A stretch of 63,905 nucleotides of DNA, filler included, from Myxococcota bacterium (GTDB lineage: Bacteria; Myxococcota_C; UBA6777): the NCBI GenBank assembly GCA_023150835.1. It is 4 parts of 4 records of this genome, joined end to end, with 100 filler letters (N's around TTAATTAATTAA, not from the genome) between each part and the next. Parts side by side here need not be neighbours in the genome. Positions count along the whole stretch, not along the records: positions 18,085 to 35,650 come from JAKLKB010000139.1; positions 35,751 to 53,269 come from JAKLKB010000140.1; 2 more parts are not named here. The stretch is one strand, 5' to 3'. The notes under the pieces were generated by a model. That model was not told the origin of the DNA. It saw only the letters and a program-made list of their open reading frames with translations, and did no database searches. A program made the translations under genes and the position numbers. Below, piece by piece: positions 29,201-38,963 of this stretch; position 1 is the stretch's first letter; the number at the start of each line of letters is the position of its first letter.

Positions 29201-29871
29201 GAACCTACGGCTTTATCATGATCGTCCAAGATGCCCTCGGACAAGAAGTCGAACTCCCCATCGTCTACAACAACGGAAACTGCAACACCGCCGCTCGAAA
29301 CAGCAACGGTCGGTGCAACTGTAGTAGCTCCAACAACGGCAACCTCCCCGAACTCAATATCCAGCCCGCCAGCGAAGTGACCACCGTCCCCGTCAAAACC
29401 GCAGGCGGCAGCTACTCCTACAGCCTCCGCTATCCTAGCGGATACGTCCACGCCACCAAACTCATCGGACGCACCCCCAACCCCGCCGGAACCTCTAGCT
29501 GTTTCTACTCCGTTGAGCTTTCCATGTATAGCTCTCCCCTCAACGGAAAAGACCTTGGCAACGGCCAAACCGACCTCGTCTGCTCCACCAACTCCCCCGC
29601 TGCGGTCTGCCTTGATTGCCCTGCTGGATGCACCGATTGCAATGACGGCTTCTGTCGCGGCGGATTCACCGCCTCTTTGCCCGTCTGCTCCTCCCCCAAC
29701 GCCGAAGTCACCCAAGACCTCCGCGTACGCTCCCACACACCCATCCGCAACAACGCCCCCGCCTTCCAGTTCTTTATGCTCCAATACCAATCCAGCGTCT
29801 ACGACACCCTCGGCAACTTCAACCGCACCGAAAACATCGCAAGCTGCGTTATCACCGTCCTCGAAAAATAA
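26221..29871 (+). CDS. Large Cys-rich repeat exported/lipoprotein with a C-terminal Ig-like region
   Basis: Signal ending TGC; dozens of C-x4-C-x4-C-x4-C units; beta-rich C-terminal ~330 aa. Confidence 0.85.
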   Translation: MKQSTFFVWVACCWLALALTPSTGCDSRGVGNGNCSKDEDCAVGFCRDNVCTGGCKSDAECQGGTCLNGVCQGSGCKNNTDCQNGATCADGRCLPCQADQQCDQGHVCVGGTCKKGDCHGPDSVCPEGQVCKNNKCSPCDNDAECGAGRICKEGKCVEGCRADKDCKDGKFCNPASNTCVICFKNEQCPAGVCDTAANLCRDCVEDKDCKNGQVCDGNRCVACRDDARCGAGKVCAAGACKDGDCKEDKDCKDGKVCKENVCKGCDNDRDCPQGSLCISGACKSGNCRDNKDCAGGFVCVNNNCGACTNDTQCGTGQICENGKCRAGCRKDTDCANNQKCDVATSTCKGCLKDTDCQNGQICRQNTCTSCLNNNDCPAGFICLQGACTQGECRNSSECSNGKICVNNKCEACTTDSQCDNGKICDAGKCRDGCRQNGNCPAGKVCDPTKLTCEQCATNQHCPNGQICKNNTCQDCATDADCSSGQICDASSKRCRDGCRKNADCANGQVCDTAQSICRECLANKDCPNGRICKQFRCVACTDDVDCQDPSKICDGTGTCVIGCRRDSQCAAGEICFNNKCRTGCRNDSDCTNQICDPASLTCKDCTLNQHCKNGQVCQLNKCVACTADAQCGTGEICDSGACRPGCRKDADCANNQKCDLTSNRCENCVSNSDCPGGQICQNNKCLPCTTDAECGAGKLCINQICLPGNCRTDAQCTNGQVCVNRFCSPCSLDSQCGANRICLNGACTPGNCKNNNDCPGTVCKNNFCAPCTTDTECKTNPTADRLCSTPSGLCFPGNCRTNSDCSGTDICVAFNCTTCPTLQFFTTGRLETYVGENYAIKLSFLPANALPSPTNWRIVNGPAWMLLNKLNESEAEIKGIPTQSTTTTVSVEVAVGNCKNTTQFSLRVYPKLVSRITNYLTGSSTTRVANPGTTIDGGKAPFSCRFYTGDGRGILPSFMYTGGTFGIFGVTLDANDATNCTLLGQPNQNTNDPGTYGFIMIVQDALGQEVELPIVYNNGNCNTAARNSNGRCNCSSSNNGNLPELNIQPASEVTTVPVKTAGGSYSYSLRYPSGYVHATKLIGRTPNPAGTSSCFYSVELSMYSSPLNGKDLGNGQTDLVCSTNSPAAVCLDCPAGCTDCNDGFCRGGFTASLPVCSSPNAEVTQDLRVRSHTPIRNNAPAFQFFMLQYQSSVYDTLGNFNRTENIASCVITVLEK

Positions 29872-30046
29872 TCTACACCTCCCCACCTTCCCACACACGC
29901 CTGCTTTCCCACTCTTCGATCCACATCAAACGCTCTTGGGGGCGCTGCCCCCAAACCCCCGCAGGGGAAAAGGTTTCCCCTGACCCCGCCCACCAAGGTT
30001 CCCCTCGACCCCACACAACAACCAACACAGCGCCTGTTCTCTATCC

Positions 30047-30292
30047 AAACCCCCGTGTTCGCGAACGCCCAAGCGACGGAGTCGTAGGAAATCCGCAGGG
30101 TGCGTGATCGTAAAACGTAGGGCCAGCCCCCCGTGGCTGCCCAACCACAGGGCAGTTACAGCAGATCGCACCTACCCTTCGATCACACATCTTTCGGATA
30201 TCGTATCATGGTTTGAAAAACCCGTGATCGTTTCGCCGATACGGGGTCAAGGGAGCCGCGCTAAGGCAGTGGGGTGTGGGGTGACACCCCAC
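30047..30292. mobile_element. Family B element interrupted by a nested family D element (30085-30205)
   Basis: B left half CCGTGTTCGCGAACGCCCAAGCGAC, then TAGGAAATCCG..REP..CGGATATCGTA, then B right half TTGAAAAACC..CGGGGTCAAGGGAGCC. Confidence 0.85.
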
Positions 30293-30324
30293 GAAGACGA
30301 ACCAACCGCGTCAGTCCTATCCGA

Positions 30325-32784
30325 TCAAAAGTCGATATTTTTTCCGACGCGAACAGCGACCGAGGTGGGGGGTGTGGGAAGGGTTTGGTTGTAGAGGTAG
30401 TTGTAGATGACGTAGGTGCGAAAGACGCGCTTAACGTAGTTTCGGGTTTCTTGGAAGGGGATCTCTTCGACGAACTCGTCGACAGAGACGTTGTGGTGGT
30501 TTTTGAGCCAGACGGCGACGCGGTGGGGGCCTGCGTTGTAAGCGGCAGCGGCAAGCATCACATGGGATTGAAATTTTTCGAGAAGCTGGCCGAGATACCA
30601 GCAACCCATCTTGATGTTGGTGGGGGGGTGGTAGAGGTCGCGTAGGCGAAAGTCGTCCAACTTGATACGATCAGCGATCTTGTAGGCTGTTTTGGGGATG
30701 ATCTGCATTAAGCCGAAGGCATCGGCCCAAGAGCGGATACGGATGCGGAAAAGACTTTCTTCGCGGGTGATGGCCCACGCAAAAGCAAAGGGAACGCCCG
30801 ATTGACGGCTTTCATGGCTCAACTCGTCATGATACGCCAGCGGATAACGGATGCGAAAGCTTTGATCGGGTGTCAGGCGCGGAGGTTTGTTCACCTTGGT
30901 TTGCAGATGAAAAGACAGCAACACACCCGGATGATAGGCTTTTTTTGAATAAAGCCAGCGGATGGTTTCGAGGATATGCGGCTTGGAGCGTTGGATGGCC
31001 CACCGAGCAGAAGTCATCTCACGCACAGCATCCTGATCAAGACCCAAATAATCGAAAATTTGTGCGCGTTGAAAGGCTTTACAGCTTCGGCTTTTTCCGC
31101 CTTTGCAAGAAGGAGGGAGACTTGGGAAAGCCACTTGGGACGAGATCTCTTGTTGAGCGATCCGCGCAAGGTTGCGGAACAAATCGTTCTGATCGGCGTT
31201 ATCGGCGTTTTCCGAAAGCGTGGTGGTATAACCGACTTGTTTTCGGTCAAGCGTCGCCTTTTGCATCGCCTGCTCGACGCGGCGCAAACGTTCTTGTTCG
31301 CGCTTGTTCAACAGAGACTTGCGTTTGATCGCAGGGGGAGCATGGTGTGTGCAAGAGTAGGATTGATGGTGTTCTTGGATCTGATCTTCGAGGACATACA
31401 AGCGATGCTGTGAAAGCACACCGTAGTAAGTGAGCGGAGCGACGCTGGCGATGCGACTATAATACGACTTCGCCTGATCCCACTGGCCGAGTTGTTCGTA
31501 GGATCGCCCGATCCAATAACTCACCTGCCCGCCGATGGACGCACCGCGTTTGGTTCGTCCCCACTTTTTGAACCCTGCGATCGCGGCCTTGTATTCGCCT
31601 TCACGAAACAGCGTCCACAACTTGAACCATTCCAACGCTTGAAGATTCTTTTGTTCTTCGGGATACACCTGTAGGTATTCTTCGATCATCTGGCGCGCTT
31701 TGGCGTATTTTTGCAAGCGCATCGCCATCCAAATCAACCGATACGCCGCCTCTTTCGCCGATTCAGATTCAGGCTCTCGCTCCACAAAAGCATGGAGATG
31801 TTCCAGACCACGCTCAAAGGCCCCTGTTTCCGAATAAGCCTGACCGAGCATCTTGTAAGCAGAACGGCGCAAAGCAACGTTGCTCGTGCGTTTCGCAAGC
31901 CCTTCGAGCAAAGGGATCGCCTCTTTGTGCCGACGCATCGACATCAACGCACGCGCTCGCCATTTTTCCATAGTTTCGATCTGCATCGGATCGGGTTTTG
32001 GGGCTTTTTGCAGCGCTGCGATCTTTTGCTGAATCTCGGGCAACGCACGCCTCGGCTGCGAACGGGACAACCGATACAACCGAAACGATGCCTCTTCTTC
32101 GTTCCATGTATGGGGCGGGATCTTGCCTTCTTTCGACCACGCCGCCAAAAGCTGCTCGGCTCGCACAGCCTCGCCTCGATGCGGATACTCCAACGCAAAC
32201 AGACGCATCGCTTTGGCTGCCTCTTTGATATCGCTGCGTTTGAGATGGCCTTCTGCAAGCCACCACAACAGACGTCTTCGCCCCCCATACGGCCCTGCGT
32301 ACGGCAACAACGACTGCAACAGATCCGTATAAGCCTTCCAATCTTCGGCTTTTCGCAACGACACGATCAGTTCGTTGCGGATCTTCCGCTTCATTGCAAC
32401 GCTGCGATACTCTTTTAACGTCGCTTGGTACGTCGCCGCTGCTTCTTTATGCAAACCCGCTAACGTCTGCGACTTGGCAAGGTACTCATACACATAATCC
32501 CGATACAGCGTGTTGTCTTTTAAGGCCCGCACAAACCATTGCGCAGCCTCACGAGGTCTCTGCCGCCGCAGCGCCAGATGGCCCGCAAAATACGCCATCT
32601 GTGCTTGTTGTTCTTTCCATCGCGACACAGACTCTCTTCGCCCCTTGTGACGGCCCGCTGCGATCTCTGCATACCAAGCAGCCTGATCCACACGCCCTTC
32701 ACGCGCCGCTTTGTACGCAGCCGTATCCACCGACTCCGTACCCACCCATTGCAACAACCACAAAAAAACGATGCTTGTACTCAT
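30325..32784 (-). CDS. Soluble lytic transglycosylase with TPR-like repeats (Slt70-like)
   Basis: AITREES, GLMQI, AYNAG, EEIPFQETRNYVKRV. Confidence 0.93.
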   Translation of the reverse strand: MSTSIVFLWLLQWVGTESVDTAAYKAAREGRVDQAAWYAEIAAGRHKGRRESVSRWKEQQAQMAYFAGHLALRRQRPREAAQWFVRALKDNTLYRDYVYEYLAKSQTLAGLHKEAAATYQATLKEYRSVAMKRKIRNELIVSLRKAEDWKAYTDLLQSLLPYAGPYGGRRRLLWWLAEGHLKRSDIKEAAKAMRLFALEYPHRGEAVRAEQLLAAWSKEGKIPPHTWNEEEASFRLYRLSRSQPRRALPEIQQKIAALQKAPKPDPMQIETMEKWRARALMSMRRHKEAIPLLEGLAKRTSNVALRRSAYKMLGQAYSETGAFERGLEHLHAFVEREPESESAKEAAYRLIWMAMRLQKYAKARQMIEEYLQVYPEEQKNLQALEWFKLWTLFREGEYKAAIAGFKKWGRTKRGASIGGQVSYWIGRSYEQLGQWDQAKSYYSRIASVAPLTYYGVLSQHRLYVLEDQIQEHHQSYSCTHHAPPAIKRKSLLNKREQERLRRVEQAMQKATLDRKQVGYTTTLSENADNADQNDLFRNLARIAQQEISSQVAFPSLPPSCKGGKSRSCKAFQRAQIFDYLGLDQDAVREMTSARWAIQRSKPHILETIRWLYSKKAYHPGVLLSFHLQTKVNKPPRLTPDQSFRIRYPLAYHDELSHESRQSGVPFAFAWAITREESLFRIRIRSWADAFGLMQIIPKTAYKIADRIKLDDFRLRDLYHPPTNIKMGCWYLGQLLEKFQSHVMLAAAAYNAGPHRVAVWLKNHHNVSVDEFVEEIPFQETRNYVKRVFRTYVIYNYLYNQTLPTPPTSVAVRVGKNIDF

Positions 32785-33091
32785 ATTGTTTCTCCCGATG
32801 ACCACGCTCTTGTAGGCGTTGGCCCTCCACCGCTTCGCGCTATTCCTTCGATGCGATGGGGAAGATGACCGTGGTGTGTCTGCAACTTTTTCTACACACG
32901 AAAAAAAGGCATACACTTGACAAAGATGGACCACATACCATCACAAAGCAAGATTTCCGAAAGACTTGCGCCGCCTTTGCGTATGTGGCATCTTGTTCTT
33001 CCACATACGCAACTTGACCGTGCGGGCCGCTCCCCACATACCACCTCCCCTCAATGTTCCTTTTTTCTCTCGACCATCGGAGATTTTTTCC

Positions 33092-34402
33092 ATGACCGTC
33101 GCGCATCCCCCTTCTTCGGCTCCTTCGGCTGATGCTCTCGCTGAAACACTTGATGAATTGGCAGAGGCGTTCACCGCACGATTCCCTGAAACCTTGCGTG
33201 GCCCACGCACCATCGGGCGCGAAGCCGAATACCCGATGGTTTGGCCTGACGGTCAAGCTGCGGATATCCGAGGACTTTGGCCGCTGCTGATGGAAGACGG
33301 CGATCTCAACCCCCTGCGCGAAGGCGATCTGATCGTGGGCCTCGAAGGAGCGTCCTACAGCTACTCGATGGAAGTCGGGTGGGGAACGATCGAAATGATC
33401 ACCGAACCCTGCAACGATCTTCACGCCCTCAAGGCCCTTCACGAAACCGCGATGGCTCGGCTGTTGACGGCGGCCAAACGATACGGATGCTTGATCCTTG
33501 GCTACGGCATCCAGCCGCTCACCCCCCAAAGCGAAGCCCTGATGTCCCCCAAAAAACGCTATCACGTCCTCCACGACGTGATCGGCACGACTTGGCAGTG
33601 GTTCACCACAACAGCCAGCGACCAAGCGCAGATCGATATCACCCGCCACGAACTGATCCCCCTGCTCAATCTCACCAATCTGCTTTGCCCTGTGGTGATC
33701 GCCTTTTGCGCCAACTCTCCGATCTACGGAGGCCACGAAAGCGGCTGGATCAGCTCGCGTGAAGGCACGATGGGCCAGATCCACGCCAGTAGCCACCGCC
33801 ACGGTATGCCTGCCCGCGCCATGCGCGATCCGCTCGATTGGATCGAAACACTCGCCCAACAAGAATTTCTCGTCCGTAAACAAGACGGCGTCTACATCCC
33901 ACAATCCGGCACATTCATCGACTACCTGCGCCAACATGGGCCTCGCTTCGATGATTTCTTGATGCACGAACATTACATCTGGAACAGCGGTCGCCCGCGT
34001 TGCGCCCACGCTACCATCGAACTCCGCTCCGCTTGCCAACAACCTTGGGCCGAACACTTCGCCAACAGCGCCCTTGGTCTCGGCCTGATCGAAGCAGGAA
34101 AAACCCTCCTTCCTTGGCTTGAAACCAAACTCCACGATGCTTTGTGGCCTGCCATGCGCGATTATCATCAACGTGTCCTTCGCCAAGGCATCCAAGCATC
34201 CGAACCCTTCGATGGTTTGCTCGAAGGCGTCCTCCAACACGCCCACGATGCCCTTTTGGCCCGTGGTTTCGGCGAAGATATCTATCTCGCCCCACTTTAC
34301 CGACGACTCCAACAACGCCGTAGCCCCGGCCACGACGCCATCGAAGCCTACCGACGCGGCGGATGGGATGCCCTACGCGAACAACTCACCTGCAATCTCT
34401 AA
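33092..34402 (+). CDS. Glutamate-cysteine ligase family 2 (GCS2-like) protein
   Basis: IGREAEY, ExGxxxxE, ANSP, RPR..TIELRS motifs. Confidence 0.8.
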   Translation: MTVAHPPSSAPSADALAETLDELAEAFTARFPETLRGPRTIGREAEYPMVWPDGQAADIRGLWPLLMEDGDLNPLREGDLIVGLEGASYSYSMEVGWGTIEMITEPCNDLHALKALHETAMARLLTAAKRYGCLILGYGIQPLTPQSEALMSPKKRYHVLHDVIGTTWQWFTTTASDQAQIDITRHELIPLLNLTNLLCPVVIAFCANSPIYGGHESGWISSREGTMGQIHASSHRHGMPARAMRDPLDWIETLAQQEFLVRKQDGVYIPQSGTFIDYLRQHGPRFDDFLMHEHYIWNSGRPRCAHATIELRSACQQPWAEHFANSALGLGLIEAGKTLLPWLETKLHDALWPAMRDYHQRVLRQGIQASEPFDGLLEGVLQHAHDALLARGFGEDIYLAPLYRRLQQRRSPGHDAIEAYRRGGWDALREQLTCNL

Positions 34403-34410
34403 GTCCTCAT

Positions 34411-34524
34411 AGGACTTACGCAGTTCGATACGAAAAAGGCCTATGTTCGGGCGTGGGCGGTTCGCGAACCGCCCCTACAACGTTCTGATATCTCAGGGTT
34501 TCCCTTTTCAACTGCGTAAGTCCT
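34411..34524. mobile_element. Family A MITE-like element with a single REP
   Basis: TIRs AGGACTTACGCAGTT / AACTGCGTAAGTCCT; GGGCGGTTCGCGAACCGCCCCTAC inside. Confidence 0.9.
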
Positions 34525-34560
34525 ACCAAAGAAGAAACAAAAAGAAAGAACGCGGATCGC

Positions 34561-35360
34561 ATGAAGCGCCTTTGGTTGCGATGGTTGTTTTGCCTCGTTG
34601 TTCCGGGTTTTTTGTTGTGGATGCCTGCTTCGTGGATGCCTTTTGCACAAGCCACGTTGATCGAGCAGCGCGTGATGGCGTTGTTTGTGTTTGCGGCGTT
34701 GTTGTGGATCACGGAGCCGATCCCTGCTTACGCGACCTCTCTTTTGATCGTGTTGCTATCGCTGCTGTTTCTCTCGGATCGCGGATGGATCGGGGCGAGG
34801 ACACCTTCGCCCGATCTTGGCCGTTTGTTGTCCTACCAAGAGATCATGGCTTGTTTCGCATCGCCGATCGTTTTGTTGTTCCTTGGTGGACTTTTTCTCG
34901 CGCTGGCCGCGCAAAAATATAGGCTCGATCAAAACCTTGCGCGGCTTTTGTTGCGGCCCTTTGGCGAAAACCCGCGACTCGTTATGCTCGGGATGATGGG
35001 CATTACCGCTTTTTTCTCGATGTTTATGAGCAACACCGCAACCACGGTAATGATGCTTTCGATCCTTGTTCCTGTCCTCGAAGGGCTCGATCCCGAAGAC
35101 AAAGGACGGATCGGCTTTGCGCTTTCCATCCCGTTGTCCTCGAATATCGGGGGTCTTGGAACTCCGATCGGTACACCTCCGAACGCCGTTGCGCTCAAAT
35201 ACCTCGTTGGATCGGACGTCATCCATTTCGGGCAATGGATGTGTTTTGGTGTGCCTGTAGTCTGCGTCTTGGTCTTGATCGCTTGGCTCGCGTTGCAAGC
35301 GATGTATCCGATACAAACGCCGAAGCTGCGGCTTCAGATCGAAGGTCGATTTCGCACAGG
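34561..35360 (+). pseudogene. SLC13/DASS anion transporter, N-terminal half only
   Basis: LWITEPIP, SMFMSNTAT, GTPIGTPPN; family-like sequence ends near 35360 and the frame runs into a family C element and the contig end. Confidence 0.75.
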
Positions 35361-35481
35361 CAGTTTGTATGAGCAGTTGTTCGAGCAAGGAACATCCGCT
35401 TTTTTGCGTTTTGTTTGCCTTTTTACGTACAAACGTGTTGTCTTTCCGACAGCACAGACGAAGTGTCCGAGTGTTCGCCAC

Positions 35482-35650
35482 GGGGGGGCTGCCCCCATAC
35501 GCGCTAGGTTAGCGCTTGTTGGCCCCCCCACCCCAGCCCTCCCCCGTGAACAGGGGAGGGAGCGAAAGTCGGAAGCAGCGGGGATTTTGTTTTTTCATGA
35601 CACACGCTGTATGCACGACGCGCAGACGCTGCCCGTTCCAACTTCCCCCC
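35482..35650. repeat. Family C element (partial, contig end)
   Basis: Matches 18224-18375; preceded by a GGGGCTGCCCCCA hairpin. Confidence 0.85.
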
Positions 35651-35750
35651 NNNNNNNNNNNNNNNNNNNNNNNNNNNNNNNNNNNNNNNNNNNNTTAATT
35701 AATTAANNNNNNNNNNNNNNNNNNNNNNNNNNNNNNNNNNNNNNNNNNNN
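35651..35750. other. Artificial contig linker
   Basis: N run, TTAATTAATTAA, N run. Confidence 0.99.
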
Positions 35751-35931
35751 CCCCCCGTGAACGGGGGGAAGTTGGAACGGGTAGCGTCTGCGTCTCGTGC
35801 ATACAGCGTGCGTCACGAAAAAACAACATCCCCGCTGCTTCCGACTTTCGCTCCCTCCCCTGTTCACGGGGGAGGGCTGGGGTGGGGGGCTTTCCTCCGC
35901 TTTACCTAACGCCTATGGGGCTGCGCCCCAC
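35751..35931. repeat. Family C element (partial, contig start)
   Basis: Matches 1-140 and 17927-17984; ends TGGGGCTGCGCCCCA. Confidence 0.85.
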
Positions 35932-35987
35932 GAAACTTATCCGATGGTGTAGTTCCTACGAAACCAAAAGCAAAGGATACTTTTGGG

Positions 35988-36623
35988 ATGTCTGTGGCAT
36001 GGCTGGGTTATTTGGCGAGTGGCTTGATCGCGTTGTCTTTGACGATGACGTCGATCGTCCGACTGCGTTTGATCAATTTGTGTGGTGCTTCGTTGTTTGC
36101 GGTCTACGGCCTATTGATCGGGGCCTATCCTGTGGTGGTCTTGAATTCGTTGACGATCACACTCAACACGATCTTTTTGCTGCGCTTGTTGAAAAACAAA
36201 GCCAAGTTTCGGTTGTTGCCTGTGTCTTCACAAAGTCCGTATCTACATCTTTTTTTGGAGTATTACGAAAAAGATATCCGCAACTACTTTTCGGCGTTTC
36301 GTCTGAAAGAGATGGAGAAGTTGTCGGGGTATTATGTGTTGCGGGAACTTCAGATCGTGGGGGTGATGCTGGGGCGGTTGGAAGAGGGGGGCGCATTTAG
36401 GATATTGCTGGATTATGTGCCTCCCTCCTACCAAGACTACAAGGCAGGCCATTTTATTTTCCACGAAAGCGGCGCGATCTTTCGAGAGATGGGCGTCAAA
36501 CGGTTGGAGACACAAACGGATAACGCCGCGCATGCCCGTTATTTGGAAAAAATGGGCTTCACGTCCGAGATCAGAGAAAACGGAGAGCGGATACTTGTGT
36601 GCCACCTCTCTCCTGAAAAATAA
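35988..36623 (+). CDS. Membrane protein with YgjV-like TM region and a soluble C-terminal domain
   Basis: WLGYLAS..SIVRLRLINL..YGLLIGAYPV..LN; C-terminal LDYVPPSYQDYK..YLEKMGF. Confidence 0.75.
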   Translation: MSVAWLGYLASGLIALSLTMTSIVRLRLINLCGASLFAVYGLLIGAYPVVVLNSLTITLNTIFLLRLLKNKAKFRLLPVSSQSPYLHLFLEYYEKDIRNYFSAFRLKEMEKLSGYYVLRELQIVGVMLGRLEEGGAFRILLDYVPPSYQDYKAGHFIFHESGAIFREMGVKRLETQTDNAAHARYLEKMGFTSEIRENGERILVCHLSPEK

Positions 36624-36654
36624 CGCGACTATTGACTTCGATTCTTATCACTCA

Positions 36655-36775
36655 TACGAAATCCGCCCATTGCATGATCGTAAAACGTAGGGGCAGCCCC
36701 CTGTGGCTGCCCAACCACAGGGCAGTTACAGCGAATCGCACCTACTCTTCGATCACACATCTTTCGGATATCGTA
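36655..36775. mobile_element. Family D element
   Basis: TACGAAATCCG..GTAGGGGCAGCCCCCTGTGGCTGCCC..CGGATATCGTA; close match to 30085-30205. Confidence 0.85.
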
Positions 36776-36917
36776 CCAGCCCTAGATTGACGATAAAGTC
36801 TTTGTTTGGCAGCCACTCACACAAAAAAAGCCTTGTTTTCCTTCGGTTGTTTTGTTAGTCTTGCGGTGGTTTTCAGCGTAGAAACATCACAGGAACTTCA
36901 ACAAGAAGGAGCGTGCT

Positions 36918-37889
36918 ATGCACAAAGAGCATCGTTTCGGGCGTAAGGCGTGGGGGCCGACACTACTTTTTCGGATCGCTTTGGTTTGTCTTTCTTTTGG
37001 TGTCTTGGCGGGAGCATGGGAGCAAGAGTCCTCGGCTTTGGTGGCGGGGCAACGTGTGCGTTTTTGGTTTATGGAGGGTGGGCAACAGATCCATTGGAAC
37101 GGCGAAGTGTTGGCGTTTCAAGGAGATTCTGTTCGTGTGCGCTACTTGCGCGGCGGTCAACAGTTGAGTCTGTGGGTGCCAAGAGACCGAGTGGTCGGGC
37201 TTCAAGGGATGGGGACGTTGGTGTATACTTGCCAGCCAGACAGCAAGATCTACATCACGCGAACAAACCGCAGAGTCTGTTGCCCACCCACTGCAACGGG
37301 ATACCACACACGCAGCGGCGGAGATGTGATCTGTTGTCCCGCAGGAACTGCCGGAGTCTATTCAGGCCAGCACCACGTCCTTTGCCAGCAAGGTGGCGGA
37401 ACCACCACCCACACCCACACAGGAAACACCCATATCGAGACAGGCAGCGTCTGTCGCCCCGGCCATACGCTGTATCGGGCCAAAAGTGGGAAGGGATATT
37501 GCTGTCCACCCGGAACAGCGGGCTATTACCAAGGTTATGATGGGATCACCTGTCGTTATGCAGGTTCGGCTCCGACGGGAAATGCGAATCCCCCACGATA
37601 TAATAGCGGTGGTGTACACAGCGGCCCCGTCCGATGCCCCCCGGGCCATCAAGCCTACCGCCATCGCTCGACGCAGCGGATCTTTTGTTGTCCACCGGGA
37701 GCGCGTGGGAACACGTTGACAGGGCAATGTCTCCTGTCCAACCAAAAACCTTGCCCGCCTGTCCACGATTACGGCCATACCGCAGCCACATGCACCCGAT
37801 TTCGTGGGACATCGTGGAAGTGTTGGTATCAAGAACGCCCGGGTGGATCATCGGACAAGCCTTGTATGCGCTGTGCGTGTAAGTATTAG
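36918..37889 (+). CDS. Secreted Cys-rich protein with CCPPG repeats
   Basis: AAGGAG RBS, signal peptide, four CCP(P/A) units. Confidence 0.75.
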   Translation: MHKEHRFGRKAWGPTLLFRIALVCLSFGVLAGAWEQESSALVAGQRVRFWFMEGGQQIHWNGEVLAFQGDSVRVRYLRGGQQLSLWVPRDRVVGLQGMGTLVYTCQPDSKIYITRTNRRVCCPPTATGYHTRSGGDVICCPAGTAGVYSGQHHVLCQQGGGTTTHTHTGNTHIETGSVCRPGHTLYRAKSGKGYCCPPGTAGYYQGYDGITCRYAGSAPTGNANPPRYNSGGVHSGPVRCPPGHQAYRHRSTQRIFCCPPGARGNTLTGQCLLSNQKPCPPVHDYGHTAATCTRFRGTSWKCWYQERPGGSSDKPCMRCACKY

Positions 37890-37946
37890 AGTCCTTTGCG
37901 GTCTATCGGGCGTGGGGGGACGAGGGGGAAGCGAAAGAGGGCATGA

Positions 37947-38057
37947 TACGAGATCCGCCCGTTGTGTGATCAGAAAGAGGTCGGGGCAGACAGGTGTGGC
38001 TGCCCAAGAATCGGGCGTCTACGTACGATGCTTTGTGTACATCATCCGGATATCGCA
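37947..38057. mobile_element. Family D element (degenerate)
   Basis: TACGAGATCCG..GTGGCTGCCC..CGGATATCGCA. Confidence 0.75.
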
Positions 38058-38078
38058 TGAAGTCCGATGCGTCGAGAT

Positions 38079-38963
38079 TTAACGAGAGCGTGAGGTCCGA
38101 AGGGCTTCGGCTCCTGCGACGATATCGAGTAGCTCCGAGGTGATGGCGTCTTGGCGCTGTTGTTGAAACTGCAAGCCCAGTTCATCAAGCAAGGTCTCGA
38201 TATTCTTTTCGGCGGACTGCATCGAAGCAAGGCGACTGGCGAACTCGCTTGCAAGGGACTCCACACAGGCACGATAAAGCGAAACAAACAGGTGCTGGCG
38301 CAGAAGGCTCGCAAAGAGCGGCTGCCACGCCATCTCGGAGCGGGGGATCTGCTTGTTTGGCCAAGCGGTATGCTGAAGGGTCGAGAGCCACTGCGGATCG
38401 ACGGGCCACAGGGGCGTGCAGACGGGGGCAAAGGTCGCTGTTTCTACGGGGCGATTGTGAAAGATCAAGATCTGCACAGGTTCGAGGGCTTGGCGCTTTT
38501 CTTCGAGGGCAAGCAAAAGTTCTTGCATCGTCGGGGTGACGCCTGCGATGGAGATCGGCACAGGAAAGCGCTGTTGCAAAGGCCATCCGCGTTCTTCGAG
38601 GCGGATCGCAGCGCGCTCTCCGACGCCAAACAGCGTGCGACTTTGAAAGTGTTCGATCCCGACGGTTTGATCGACATGATCGGCGATCACTTCGTTGATC
38701 GAGCCACACAGACCTTGATCGGAGCCAAAGACCACCGCGATCAGGTGGCGTGGCGGGGGAGGGGGCGTGAGGGCTGAGACACCCTGCTGTTGTAAGACAA
38801 AACGGAAACCCAATGCGAGGGTGTGGTGGTAATCAAGCAGGGCGTGTACGGCGCGTTCGTACTGACGGATGCTGACGGAAGCAAGGGACTTCATGGTCTT
38901 GACGATGGTGTGGAGCGACTGGGTGTTGTCGATCTTTTTTTTAATCTCTTCGAGCGAGGCCAT
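38079..38963 (-). CDS. atpG: N-type ATPase gamma subunit
   Basis: [39 protein letters not shown]. Confidence 0.95.
   Translation of the reverse strand: MASLEEIKKKIDNTQSLHTIVKTMKSLASVSIRQYERAVHALLDYHHTLALGFRFVLQQQGVSALTPPPPPRHLIAVVFGSDQGLCGSINEVIADHVDQTVGIEHFQSRTLFGVGERAAIRLEERGWPLQQRFPVPISIAGVTPTMQELLLALEEKRQALEPVQILIFHNRPVETATFAPVCTPLWPVDPQWLSTLQHTAWPNKQIPRSEMAWQPLFASLLRQHLFVSLYRACVESLASEFASRLASMQSAEKNIETLLDELGLQFQQQRQDAITSELLDIVAGAEALRTSRSR

Noticed and set aside
26200-29898. Long overlapping ORFs (479, 676, 587 aa) over the Cys-rich gene
   Set aside because: They arise from biased codon use in repeats and show no recognisable domains.
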